From: Lama guanicoe
Lineage: Eukaryota
Assembly (NCBI GenBank): GCA_013239625.1
Contig: MU057102.1
Span: 3,739,782-3,803,781 of the forward strand
Direction: 5' to 3'
DNA length: 64,000 nucleotides
The notes under the pieces: generated by a model
Databases searched by the model: none
What the model saw: the letters and a program-made list of their open reading frames with translations, nothing else
Told to the model about the DNA's origin: nothing
Translations under genes and position numbers: made by a program
In this document: positions 22,870 through 35,069 of the stretch, one piece after another
Layout: the number at the start of each line of letters is the position of its first letter
Position numbering within the stretch: position 1 is the first letter of the stretch

Positions 22870-23800
22870 CAAGCAACAGAAGCAAGACCGGCGGCTCGTT
22901 CCCCATCAAGATGCAAACCTGCTGTGCGTCAGGGAGTGTTACCAGGAGGCTGGGAGCATGCGCAAACCTCCTGTCAGAGAAGAACCTCGTGTCCAGCACG
23001 TGTGGGAGCTCCTCCAGCTCCACGTCAGAAAGACAAGTAACCAACTGGAAAATGGGCAGAGGACTTGAACTGACATTTCTCCGAAGAGAGACGTGGCCCC
23101 CACACACGGGGACAGGTGCTCAGCACCACCAGTCCTCGGGGAGACGTGAATCCAAACCACGAGAGAGCACCGCACGCCTGGGGACAGGCGGCAGCGAGGA
23201 CAGGGAGGCTGGAGCCCTCGCACACTGTTGGTGGGACGTAAGATGGCGCTGCTGCTGTGAAAAGCAGAACAGAATGTCCTCAAGAAATTAAAACAGATAA
23301 TTACCATAGGATCCAGCAATTCCACTTCTGGGTATAAACCCCAAAGAACTGAAAGCAGGGTCTCGAAAAGACATTCGCACACCCACGTTCATGCGTCACT
23401 ATTCACAGCAGCTGAGATGCAAGTATCGTGGACGCAGGATGTGGCCCGTCCACCAGTGGCTGATGGAGGGAGGGAGTCCTGACACTGTGACAGCAGGGGT
23501 GATCCTTGAACACACGCTGCGTGAAAGAAGCCACACACACAAGCCTCATATTTTGTGATTGTTTATGTGAAATACCCAGAACAGGCAAGTCTGTATAGAC
23601 AGAAAGTAGATTCGTGGTTTCCTGGGACTGAGGGGAGGAGGAGTCAGGAGTGACCGCTAATGGGTATAGGCTTTCAGTTTGGGGTGATGAAAGTTCTAAG
23701 ATCAGACAGGGGTGATGGGTGCACAGCGATGTGATTGAAATTAATGCTGCTGAGCTGTGCACTTTAAAACAGCCACAGCGGTCAATTCCATGTGATGCAT
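22870..23800 (+). mobile_element. LINE-1 3' fragment (old L1M-type), antisense to TMEM175
   Basis: CCAGCAATTCCACTTCTGGGTATAAACCCAAAAGAACTGAAAGCAGGG plus the typical L1MB-like 3'UTR. Confidence 0.8.
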
Positions 23801-26016
23801 AAACCCAATTATTTGAACAGGGGAGCATGGCAGGCCAGGAGTGTTTCTAATCCGAGGTGGTCCCACCGCCCCACCCTGTGCCCCACCCTCACGGAAGGGC
23901 TCCCGCCCGTCCTTCCTGGCTGTGTGTCCACGTCACCTGGCGTGGCCAGAGGACTCAGGGAGACAAGGGGCACTTTGTAAACAGACAGGGCAGGCTGGCC
24001 TCACAGGCCTGCTTATCACCCAGTTTCCACGTGACAAGTCACACATGTCACTCGGCAGACACACACGGGGTGGGGGGCGGATCCCAGGTGTGAGGCAGGT
24101 AAGAGCAGGGGCTCTGGGAGAAGGCAGGAGGGGATGGGGTGGGAGGTGCTGCGGGACAGGAGGAAACAACACACAACAGGGAACACGAGTACAGTGGAGG
24201 TCGGGGGACCCTGCCCCGGTCTGGAGGGATGTGAGTCCAGGGGGAGCAGGCGCCAGTACCGGCATGAGGGGCTCAGGGCAGAGGCCCTGGGACCTGAGTG
24301 TCACCAGCAGAGGAAGGTGGTCCAGAGGGAGGTCAGAACGACCTGAGTCAGGGCAGTGAGCAGTGGCTGGACCTGGAGGGTGGGTCCAGCAGTGTCCCGG
24401 ATGGGGAAGGGTGGCGAGGACGCCTGGGAGGATAGCCATGGCTTGGCAGGGAGGCTGCGGTAGGTGGGCCTGGGGGTGGGGAGGCTGTGACAAGCTATGT
24501 CACAGGTGATGACGGGCAGGGGCCCAGGCAAGGAGGCCAGGGAAGGGGGACAAAGAGGAAAGTGGGAAGAACGCCGCACAGAGAGATGACTGCTCTCTCT
24601 GAGGCTGCCGCACGCGCTGACCACCCAGGCTCCCTAGCCCCACCGAGGACCCTCCCCTTTCCCAGTGTGTCGGCCCAGGTGTCCCTCCCCGGCTGCCACC
24701 GTCCCGCCAGGGCCTGGTCACCATCCCCCATAGCACGCTGTGCACTGCCAGCCTGGCCCCTGTGGCCCACCCATCCCTTCCTTCCCTGCCCAGCGTCTGG
24801 GTCCTGTTACTGCGCACAGACCCCCGTGTCCTCCACTCTGCTCGCCTCTCCTTGCCAGGCCCCATGTGCCACACCCCAGCTGTCCCTCCGTCCTCCTCAC
24901 CCTAACCCTGACCCTATCCACAGACAGGAGGGGTGTCCCACTGAAACCAGGATGCAGATGCGGCCTCAGACCTGCTGCCCCATAACCCCATCCTTCCATC
25001 CCTCCCTGCTGGCCCTGGCTGGCCCTGCTCTGTCCACAGGGAGCGGCTCTGCTGAAGCCACAGCCAAGGGCACCCTGCCTGACCCTGAGGGCCCCTGCAG
25101 CACGCCTCCCACCAGCGGGAGCTGGGCCCTCCTCTCGCACAGCAATCACGTTCAAGTCTGAGGAAAGCAGGCAGAGGCCCTAGGTCTGCTCCAACCTGGG
25201 GTGTCCACCTTCCCCTCTGCCTGCCCCTGGCCTGACCTGGGTGTGCCGTGGACCCCAGCGCCCAGCCCCATCCTTCAGGGAACAACCCTGCAGCCCTTGC
25301 CAGCCTATTTGTGTTAAACTTGGAATTCTCTTGAAACACTTACTAGAGATTTAAAATAACGTGAACCGTTCATTTTTTCCACAATTCTTCGGACGCTTTA
25401 GGTTTAAACGTTCACTTTACTTCTCTGGTGCTCAAGTAGAGCCAGGAGCCGTGCCTAAAGCTTCTAGGCAGCTCTGAGACAGCGGCTTGTCAGAACTCAC
25501 CTTGGCTCCTGGATGATGGAAGCGTCACTAGAACAATGTTCCTCTTAAATTAGCTGCTGGCCAAGAGGGGGGTCTCAGCCAGCCTTGACCCCTGCGGCTT
25601 GGCTAGGATGTTGCTAAGGCATCTCGTTCCCTTACGCAGAACTGTGCACACTCAGGGGAGCTGGGGACAGAGCCAGACACATCTGCACGGCCATCTCTTC
25701 CCGCACTCGGGCAAGTTGTGCCCGGGCTGGGCTCCACTCACCACTCACCTCCCTCTTCTCCACTCCCTCCATCTTTCCGGCTCTGGAATTTCTCTCTAAC
25801 CCTGCCCCCTCAACAGAGGAGGCAGGCACAGCCCCCTGCGTCCCATCCCCCTTGTCCCCCCATTGTCCCCCTTGTGGGGAGTGGGTGTGAGTCTCCCCCC
25901 CGCCCCAGCTTCCAGGGCACCAGGGGCCCTGGCGCAGCTCAGTGCCTCCCTCCTCTGCGCAGCCTCCCTCCCCATCCTGGGGTGGCCTCCTCACCCACTC
26001 TGCTGCCCCTACTCAC

Positions 26017-26181
26017 CGCAGGGTAGAAAAACAGGGAGAAGCCGGCCGCTGCGAAGCACAGCGCGGGGCCTCGGAGGATGATGCGCAGGATGTGCTGCTT
26101 GTAGAGCGCCCGGTGGGCGGAGCGCTGGATCTGGGGGTTCAGGAGGTGGGGGAAGTGGAACGCATACCCCACGATCAGTGC
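26017..26181 (-). CDS. TMEM175: TMEM175 coding exon 7
   Basis: ALIVGYAFHFPHLLNPQIQRSAHR...FSLFFYPA. Confidence 0.94.
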
Positions 26182-26470
26182 CTGCAGGAGAGATGGGCAG
26201 CAGGGCTGGAGCAGAGGCCTCTGGCCAGTGCCCACCTTCCTCCCACACATACAAGTGGGGACCCTCAGGGACGCAGGGTTCTGCTGTGAGGCTCTGCAGG
26301 ATATCCTGGGGGTGCGGGGGGACAGGAGCCCTTGCTCTGCTCCCGAGACCGTGTGGGGGTCTCAGAGAGCCCTGCTCCCCTCCAGAGCACCCGAAAGTGC
26401 CGGCGGCCCCATCTCACTGTGCTCATCAGCGCAGGGGCCCAGGCCCTGAGCAGACAAGGACATGTCCCAC

Positions 26471-26554
26471 CTGCACAGCCCCGATGGCGATCACACACAT
26501 GCAGAACAGGAAGATGCCCAGCGGCACGTCGGGGAAGGTCACCATCAGGGAGAA
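26471..26554 (-). CDS. TMEM175: TMEM175 coding exon 6
   Basis: FSLMVTFPDVPLGIFLFCMCVIAIGAVQ. Confidence 0.94.
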
Positions 26555-27175
26555 CTGCAGCGACAAAGGCCTCGGGTCAGGGTCTCAGGCCCAGGCCCCG
26601 GAGCCTTCTGTGCGTCAGCTGGGCTGTGCCTGGGCAGCGGCAAAGCTGCCTCGAGTTAAGGCAGCAAGAGCCCTGGAGGTGTGCCTTCCCCAAGAGCGAG
26701 TCCGAGGGCTTTAAGCACTTAGAGCCGAAATGTCATCAGACTCGCGGACAATCCCCGACCTCAGTTCTGTGAGGCACTGAACTCAGAGCACGTCCTCCTT
26801 CAGAATTCAGAGGGAGCTGCTGGCTGAGGAGGCGGTGGGGGTCACACTCCGGGGACGGGCCAAGGTTGGCTGGGAGGCCATGGGCTTCGGGGGGCTGGTG
26901 GGAGCTGGGAGGGCCGGGGAGCACAGAGGGAACACCCCTCCTTGGGCCCTGGAGGCCTCCCCTCTCCATCGAGCCTGGACACCCCAGTTACACCTCTTCC
27001 CCCAGACCCTTCCCTGCAACTCTGTGGTCCACACCCTGGACCACCCAGTGGTCTGAGAGCTTCTGAGGAGGAAGCCTCTTAGGTCTGGGGCCTCTCGCCC
27101 AGTGGAGGACAGGCTGGACCCAGGGTGGTGCTCTGCAGGGCACCAGGGACACCAGGGGTGATCCCTGTGACTCAC

Positions 27176-27211
27176 TGTGAATGGCAGGAAGGTGATGGTC
27201 ATCATGCAGGC
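27176..27211 (-). CDS. TMEM175: TMEM175 coding exon 5
   Basis: ACMMTITFLPFT. Confidence 0.92.
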
Positions 27212-27355
27212 CTGGGGAAGAGGAGGGGAGGGGTCAGGGAGGGCAGGCCACTCCAGGTGGCCGGCCAGCAGATGGGTCCCAGGCCCTGCCACCCAGAGGC
27301 ATCAGGGGGCTGAGCAGGCAGCACCCCCACCCCCACAGTGAAGGGAGAAGCTCAC

Positions 27356-27407
27356 CAGGTTGAGGAGGGCAAGCGTGTCGTCGATTTTCCCAACAACCTG
27401 GAACAAT
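27356..27407 (-). CDS. TMEM175: TMEM175 coding exon 4
   Basis: LFQVVGKIDDTLALLNL. Confidence 0.92.
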
Positions 27408-28760
27408 CTGAACAATGGGAGGGAGACGGGGAAAGTCACACCATCAATAAACGTGGTCCTACCAGCACCTAACATGCTCCTGAGATGAAACGGTGGTCCA
27501 CGGAGGCGGGAAGACGTGACCAGAGACCGGAAAGGGGCCGGGGACAGGCAGAGTCACCAAGGGTCAACTCAGGGCTGGAAACTAGCATCCCTTCTGAAAG
27601 CCGTCCGTGTCCCCCTGAGCATGTGGCCTTCTCCTGGGCTGCGCTCAGCGGCCTCGGTCCGCGACCTAGGAGGTCTGCACCCAGCCAGGGGCCTCCAGGA
27701 CCTCTCGGGGCTGGTACTCAGGGCTGGCTCTGGGGCTGGGCGCTTCTCTAAGTCAGAGGAAGGGGCCCTGTCCCCACTGGCGACCCACTGAGCCCTGGGT
27801 GACAAGGCCCCAGGGTGGACCTGTGCCACTTCTGGAAGCTAGGCCTCAAGCTCTCGGGTGTGGCCTCTGCTGAGCGCGCCCCCACGCGAGGCACCTGTGG
27901 CCCTGTCCACGCTACTCTGCCAGCAGCCTGTACAGCTACCAGCAGGACTAGACAGGGCAGCTGTGGCCCACCTGGCTTTCGCCAGCCCTTGGGCCTCCTT
28001 GCTTTCCGTGAACAAGGGAGGCAGAAGAGAAAAGGCCCCTCAAAGCCTTTAGAGGATCACTTGTCCCCACCAGAAAATCACTTTGCTGAAAGCAAGTACA
28101 TGACATAAAATGTTAAGAGACACTTTTAAGGCACACGCCAGTGCCTCACGGGCTCCTGGGCTTCCGGCACCCCCAGCACCCCCAGTCAGAGAACATATGT
28201 AACCCAGATGTCAGCACCTCCCCTCCCACCCAGAGCCCATCCCTGGGGTTCTCCCTGCCCTGGCCTGGGGCTCAGACGTCCCCTGGGTCCTAAGGAACCT
28301 CTTCCCCCCAAAGAGGAAGCTCAGGCCCGACTCCTGTGTCCTGAGGCCTCCACTCTCCTCCCCGGAGTCTGGACCAGGATGGAGGGGCCTGCAAACGCGA
28401 GGTTGCACAGTGGCTCAGGCAGGCGGCAGCGCCGTGCCCGGCCCAGACACGGGCAGCGTGGGCCTGTGTTCACACGCCACCGCCCTTCACGTCCTGGGCC
28501 TGGGGTGGGAAGCCCCGTCATGGTTGTGAGCAGATGGGAACACAGAGGCCTGAGCAGGAACCTGCGGTGAGGGGGAGGGGCCCACTAACACCCCCTCCTG
28601 GGTGCTCAGCCGCGGCCCACCCCGAGAGTGGGTGGCTCAGGGCCCAGGGCACACGTGCTGCCCCCGGCCCTCAGCAGGCCCAGGCCATACTGGGCACACA
28701 CGCCGAGCCGCCAAAAATGTGGGCGTCAGCCTGGGGAGAGGCCCTGGCCCGGCCCCATAC

Positions 28761-28858
28761 CGCGTGTGTGCTGCCCAGGCCACGGTCACAATGAGGAATG
28801 TCATCAGGTAGACGGCAATTCTGGTTGCTAGAAGCTTCTGTATGCTCTTGTCAAACTC
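28761..28858 (-). CDS. TMEM175: TMEM175 coding exon 3
   Basis: EFDKSIQKLLATRIAVYLMTFLIVTVAWAAHTR. Confidence 0.94.
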
Positions 28859-30530
28859 CTGGAACAGAAGAGCATCACGTCAGAGACAGCTTCACTGCAT
28901 GCACCCAGCAGCCCCGCCACAGGGCACTGAGACCTCAGGGCGGGAGAAGCGCTGAGAGGCTCGGCCTCTGTCCAGGCCCTGGTCACAGATGCACATTCCA
29001 GGGTCCTGGGTGGATCCCCCAGAATGCCAGCTCCCGGGCAGAGAGGTTCCTTCGAGCCACTCCAGGACCATGGCAGGGTCCTGTGGCAGCAAGGCCCGTG
29101 CTGCCACGGGAGCTACAGCGTTGCCAGGTAACAGTCCTCCAGGAGAAGTGTCGCCTGGCGCAGGGTGCTGGGTGGGGCGGTAGGCTGGGCTTCCTCAGTG
29201 AGACCTCCAAGTGTGGCGCTGGTGCCTTTCCCATTCTTGCTGGTTCTCTGCACCCACATGAGCAGCCACTCCTTGCCTCACCGGTGGGTCCTGTGGCCTT
29301 CAGGACTCTCCTGTCATGTCCTGGCAACACCTTCTCTGAAGGAGGCACCCAACCGCTGTGCGGGCCCTTCTGTTCAGAGCTCTCGAGAACTAGTCAGCAG
29401 AGAGAGGGATGACTTCTCAGCAGAACTCATGACCTCCAAGAACATGACCCTGACCGTAGAGAGGCGAGGAGATCTAGCCTCATGTATGTCCCCGTGTCAC
29501 CTCCTGGCATCTCACGTGCACACACCCACAACCCCATTCTGAAACTGGTGGCACCAAGGTCCCCAGAAGGTTCCAGCGCAGCCAGGTGAGTACCATGGCC
29601 CCTTGGGGGGACACGGCTTTCCTGAGCTCGGCCAGCACTCAGCACCAGGCCCCTTCGAGGGGCCCTGGAGCAGAGGGAGCTGCACAGGGCCCTTTACTTA
29701 TTATGCCGGGGGCCGGCTGCCAACATCTGGCTCGACCTGCATTTCCATTCAGTTCGCATCCCAAGCACATGAGAAGCAGCGTCGTCACCTTCCCACAGGT
29801 GCAAAGGCCAAACCCCACACTCCCATGAACCCCAGTGGCCTCCAGGCTGAATGTGCTGGTCGGACCAGAGCCAGACCGGGGCCATGCATACGGGACCCAG
29901 CGCTGTGCACCCAGGTGCCTTGAGGTGACACTCGCTCAGGAGAGGAGGCCCAGGGAGCCACACCTGCACACGCATGCCCAGGGGCTTCTGGAGGACTTCC
30001 ATAACCATGTCAGGCTTCTAAGGTGCTACCTTAATCACCATCTTACTTATAAAACGGAAATACTCCAAGTTGGCTATAAATAGAAACTCTGCTTTAAAAA
30101 ACCTGGTTTGCCACTTGCCTCCATGGCAAAACCACAAGTGTCCGTTTATCACGCAGGCCCAGGTGGGAGCATCTCCTGAGGCTGCCGGCCACTGGGCCCG
30201 CTGGTCAGGCAGGCAGGCCGCCCTCTGCTCCCCGAGCACCCACTCTGAGTGACACTCCAGGAGTGACTGGCAGAGACTCCAGGTGGCACAGGTCCCACAC
30301 CAGCCATCAGCACCCCTTCCCTCCTCAAGCTTCCTCAGGGTTCAGCCGAGGGCACACCTTTGTCTGCAGGCTAGGGTCAGGCTGACCAGCATTGCTGGGG
30401 GAAGTGTCAGTCGGCCTGGCCCCTGGTCCCAGCCAGGAGCGCCCGCACAGAGCCCCACCTCCAGCTCATGGACTGTGAGCCCTCTGGACCCTCACCCACA
30501 TGCCAGGTGCTGCAGACTGCCCCCAAGTAC

Positions 30531-30569
30531 CTGTTCCGGGGAGATGTTCGTGTGGGTCACAGGCAGGAT
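30531..30569 (-). CDS. TMEM175: TMEM175 coding exon 2
   Basis: ILPVTHTNISPEQ. Confidence 0.92.
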
Positions 30570-30762
30570 CTACGGGAACAAGACACAAAATGACGCGAGG
30601 GACAGCTCTCAGGCTGGGCACTGACTGCTTTTTGGATGCCATGGTGTTGGGGACCTGAGCCAGCCCTGGGCTGCTCCTCCCACCCCCTTGGCTGCCTGGG
30701 GCCTGGGGAGCTCAGGAGGCGGTGGGGACCCAGGCTGGGGTCTGGGCGGGGCCCACACGGAC

Positions 30763-30915
30763 CATCACAGTGGCAATGATGGACAACAGTGCGTCACTGA
30801 AGCTGAGCATGCGGTGTGAGTGCTGGGTCCCGTCGGCAGCGTCCTCATCCCCTGGGCCTATGGAGGAGGCTCCCTGCACATTCAGGGCCGGCTCTGGGCT
30901 CTGGGGCCTGGACAT
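30763..30915 (-). CDS. TMEM175: TMEM175 coding exon 1
   Basis: CCACC-ATG Kozak context; MSRPQSPEP...HRMLSFSDALLSIIATVM. Confidence 0.94.
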
Positions 30916-30946
30916 GGTGGGGCCTGGGAGGAAGCACAGGTCTGAG

Positions 30947-32050
30947 CAAGAGCAATATACAAAACTCAACAACACATCTCTGAACTAGCAATAACAAATC
31001 TGACAATAAGCTTAAGATGACAATTACATTTACAATAGCATCAAAATACTTAGGAACACAGTTTAACAAAGAAGTACAAAAAGTTACTAAAGAGATTAAA
31101 GACCCCAATAAGGGGAAAGACAGCCCTTGCTCGTGGATTAAGAAACTTAGCATTGTCACGAATGAGCTACAGGCTCAGCTCAGTCCCTATCAAACTTCCA
31201 ACTGCCTTCCCTTTAGGAGTTTACAAGCTGACCTTAAAATTCATATGGAAATTTAAGGAACCCTTGGCTATTTAAAGAGTAGCCAAAACAATCTTGAAAA
31301 CGGAAAACAAAGGTGAGGACTTGCACTTCCCAATTTCAGAACTTAGTGCAAAGCCATGCTAGTCAAGTCAGTGTGGTACCAGCATAAAGACAGACGGACA
31401 GGCCAGTGGAGAAATCAGAGTCCGGAAGTAAACCTCTACGTTTGTGGTCAACTGATTTGCGTTAAGGGTGTCAAGACCATTTGGTGGAGAAAGAATTCTT
31501 TTCAACAAATGTTGCTGGGACAACTGGATATCAACATACCAAAGACTGAATTTGGAGAGTATCTTACACCACATCCAAAAATTAACTAAAAATGTGGCCC
31601 GGGTCTCAGTAGCCAAAAGGTGGATGACCCAAGTGTCCATCTATGGGTGAACATCTAAACAAAATGTGGCAAATACATCTACAACAGAATGTTAATTCAA
31701 CTCCCTTAAAAAGGAAAGAAATTATCCTGTTACAAGATGGATGAACCCGAGGACACTATGCAGAGTGGAATAAGCCAGCCACAAAAGGACAAATACTGTG
31801 TGATTCCACTTACACGAGGTCCCTAGAGGAGTCAGCCTTGCAGACAGAAAGCAGAATGGCGGCTGGCGGGGCTGGTGGGGAGGAGGGAGTTACTGCTCAG
31901 CAGGAACAGAGTTTCAGTTTTGTAGGATGAAGAGTTCTGGGGACGGGTGGTGGCGACGGCCGCACAGCGGTGTGAAAGTACTCATGCCCCTGAGCTGTGC
32001 GCTTAGAGGGTTAAGATGGCAGATTTTGTTATGTGTACTTTACTATGGGC
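30947..32050 (+). mobile_element. LINE-1 ORF2 3' part and 3'UTR fragment
   Basis: TTTACAATAGCATCAAAATACTTAGGAA, TTCAACAAATGTTGCTGGGACAACTGGATA, AAAGGACAAATACTGTGTGATTCCACTTA; degenerate ORF2 peptide (VWYQHKDR, LFNKCCWDNW). Confidence 0.85.
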
Positions 32051-32529
32051 AAATACATCCCAGGGCCTGGCACAATACATGTTCAAAAACATGTCAGCTG
32101 CACGTAACCTGCGTCACACACAAGTCCTAAGACTCGTGGTGACGAAGGAAGAAAACAGGACTGACAGTAGAGGAGGGCGGAGTTGAGAAATGATTTTTCT
32201 TTAATGAGAGAAGAGACAGGAGACTTTTAAAGTTCCAATGACAATAGGAGGAAAAGCTGAAAACTTGTACAACACGAAGTAACGAAGTACTTCGTTAGTA
32301 ACGTACTTCGGCAGTAACGAAGGCTTGTGACCCTGGAGAGCACCACGCCCTGCGCCGGGCGTCAGCGGCAGACTGGGGCTGGACAGCCCCCCACAGCAAG
32401 TCAGCGCTGTCCCAGAGACGCCTCAGGGCACCGTGGAGCACAGAGCTTCCCTGGGTGGACTGAGTCTGGCGAAGCCCTCAGAACAAGGGGCGTCTGCAAA
32501 TATTTATGACAAAGTGACGAGAACATGAG

Positions 32530-32700
32530 AGACATTTATCAAGTATTCACTGAGTGCCAAGCACCGTTCCGAGTACTTCATGCAAACTGCCTCTTCTCAT
32601 TTTCAATGCTGTGAGGGTTACTGAAGACAAAGAGGAACTGGCTGTGCGTGTGTGTGACAGAGAGCGTGGTGTGACCACAGCACGAGGGCTGGAGCCTGGG
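32530..32700. mobile_element. MIR-like SINE remnant
   Basis: ACATTTATCAAGTATTCACTGAGTGCCAAGCACCGTT resembles a MIR terminus. Confidence 0.4.
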
Positions 32701-32929
32701 CACAGCCTGCGAGGGGCACCTGAGGTGGGCTGGGGCTCACTCGTAGAGCCTCGTGTGCTCACTCAGGGGCCCGGACCTCACTGCAGGGACGGCGCAGGGA
32801 CTGCGGGCTTCCCTTGCTGTGTCCGTGCAAGCTTGTTCACGTGTGTGTGGTTTATACATTCCGTACATTCCACTATCAGCTATCTTCTCCCATTCTGGGC
32901 TGTGTTTTCATTTCCTCAACAATACACAC

Positions 32930-34400
32930 GTATAGATTTTTTAAATCGGTAACTACTTTTTGAGCAGTTTCAGGTCTGCAGGAAACCTGAGGGAAAGTAT
33001 AGTTCCCATACCGTCAGCTCCCTGCCACGGTGTGGCACAGCTGGACACCGGACGGCCAGGCCACACTGCGTGCTCTGGTCCCATGGGTGGTTCTGACAAG
33101 TGGGCGACTTGCCCTCGCCATTAGAGGCACACGGGACACTTCCACAGCCCTAAGATCCCGTGCCCCCAGCTGCCTCTGCCTCCCCTGAAGCCCCTGGCAC
33201 CTGTCACATCTTCCCTTTTCCAAGGTGTCACGCAGCCAGAATCAAACAGTAGGTAGTGTTTTCGGACTGGCTTCTCCTGCTCAGTAAGTGACTTTAAGGT
33301 CCCCGTCTTTTGGGGGCTTGGCAGCTCGTCTCTTCTCATCACTGAGTAAGATCCCACGTCACAGAGCACCACAGTGTGTCCACCAACCTAGGAAGCGCAT
33401 CATCACAATGCACTTTGAAGCTCTCAACGCTGACGAGTCCTGGCTCTCTGTTCTTTTGTGGGTTGCTCTCTGCTGCTACAGTGAAAACCCTCACAGACTG
33501 TTTTCTAGAAGCTTTAGGTTTCACGTTTAGATTTATGATCTATTTTGATGCAAAGTACGGATGAGCATTTTTTAAACGCATGGATATCCAATGTTTCAAA
33601 CATCATTTGTTAAAAAGACTACCCTTTCTCCAATTACCTTTACTCCTTATCCAAAGTCAACTGACCATACGTTTACTTGGGGGCCAGTTTCTGGGCTTGG
33701 TATCCTGTTCCATTGATCTACTTCTGTCATCTTCATACCAGTGTCACACCACCTGGATTACTGCGGCTTTGTAAGTACAGAAGTCAGAAAATAAAGGCAC
33801 ACCAATTTGTTCTTGTTCAGACTTATTCTAGTTTCTTTGCAGTTCCAAGTGAATTTTAAAACCAGTGTTGATTTTTATTTTTATTTTAAAATTTATTGTT
33901 TTTTTTTGGGGGGGGTAATTAGGTTTATTATTATTTTTTAACTGAGGTCCTGGGGATTGAGCCCAGGACCATGCTAAGCACACGCTCTACCACTGAGCTA
34001 TATGCCTTCCCCCCGACAGTGTGTCAATTTTTACAAAAAAAAGTCTGCTGGGATTTTAACTGGAATGGCATTGACTGATTAATTTGATTTCCAACACTGA
34101 ATCTTCTAAGTTAACGAATACTGTGTATCTTTCCACTTATTAAGGTCTTTAGTTTCTCTAAAAGTTTTTCATTTTTCAGTTTATAAGTCTTGCACATCTT
34201 TTTTTTTCAGATTTATCCCAAGTATTTATTATTTTTGATGCTGTTTTAAGTGGTGTCTTTTTCTTAATTTCCACTTCCAGTATTTGTTGCCAGTTATTTA
34301 AAATTAACATGTATTTTTTACGTATTAACCATGTACCCTGCAGCCTGACTAAGCTCACCTGCCAGTTCTAGGAACTTTTCTTTCTTCTTTGTTTTTAAAT
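32930..34400 (-). mobile_element. LINE-1 fragments (reverse), interrupted by a SINE
   Basis: T-rich reverse L1 motifs such as CATCATTTGTTAAAAAGACT and CTGCTGGGATTTTAACTGGAATGGCATTGA. Confidence 0.7.
33878..34014 (-). mobile_element. tRNA-derived SINE, camelid (vic-1-like) type
   Basis: Reverse strand reads A-box TAGCTCAGTGGTAGAGCG, B-box-like GGGCTCAATCCCC and an A-rich tail; degenerate TSD CAGTGT..ATTTTTA on both sides. Confidence 0.75.
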
Positions 34401-34406
34401 CTAGAG

Positions 34407-34608
34407 CAGTGATTCTTAACTGAGAACCGAGAATTTTGCCCCTCAAGGGACATGTGCAATGCCTGGAGACCCTCTGGTTATGACAAGTGGTGTGTGTTCC
34501 TGGTACCTTGGAGCTGCCAAACATCCTACAGTGCACTGGACACCTCTCCACCCTGGCAAGGAATTACCTGGTCCACAATGTCAGTGGTGCCAAGGCTGGG
34601 AAACACTG
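34407..34608. mobile_element. MER20-like hAT MITE
   Basis: Termini CAGTG...CACTG; internal TTTTGCCCCTCAAGGGACATGTGCAATG and CTGCCAAACATCCTACAGTGCAC. Confidence 0.75.
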
Positions 34609-35069
34609 TCATGGATGATCACGTGGGTGATTTTCCATATATCTGCGGTTGATTTCTACCTTAACTCCACTGTGGTCAGAGCGCATGTGCCCAGAGCGTG
34701 CCCCATCTTGGTCAGTGTTCTTTACGTGTTCGACTCTGTGTGTGCCACTGTCACCATGTAGAGCATTCCACACATGTCCAGTCAGGCTGGTCAGTGGTGT
34801 CACTCACCTCTACCACGTCCCTGGTGATTCGGGGTACTTGCTCATCTTTTGTTGAGAAAGACGTATTGAAGTGTCCACCTCAACAGTGGGTGTGTCTATC
34901 TCTCCTTGCTTAGTTTTATTTTAGTTTATTAGTTTTGCTTCATGTATTTCAAAGCTTTATTATTAGGTGCAAAGCTGTTTAGTATTGTCATGTCTTTTAT
35001 GAATTTACCCCTTCAACATTATATAATGATCTTAATTTTTGGTAATAGTCTTTGTTATGAAATCTACTA

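Larger units (their letters stand above)
20538..30915 (-). other. TMEM175: TMEM175 gene span, start to stop: 10 coding exons, 1521 nt, 506 aa endolysosomal K+/H+ channel
   Basis: Two RxxxFSD repeats (RMLSFSD, RVDAFSD); GT-AG introns; phases join without stops. Confidence 0.97.

Noticed and set aside
31017-31650. ORFs with reverse-transcriptase-associated L1 ORF2 C-terminal similarity
   Set aside because: Fragmented, frameshifted L1 remnant; not an active element or a gene
33950-34005. tRNA gene (A and B boxes)
   Set aside because: A-rich tail, TSD-like flanks, no complete cloverleaf and a second truncated copy identify it as a SINE
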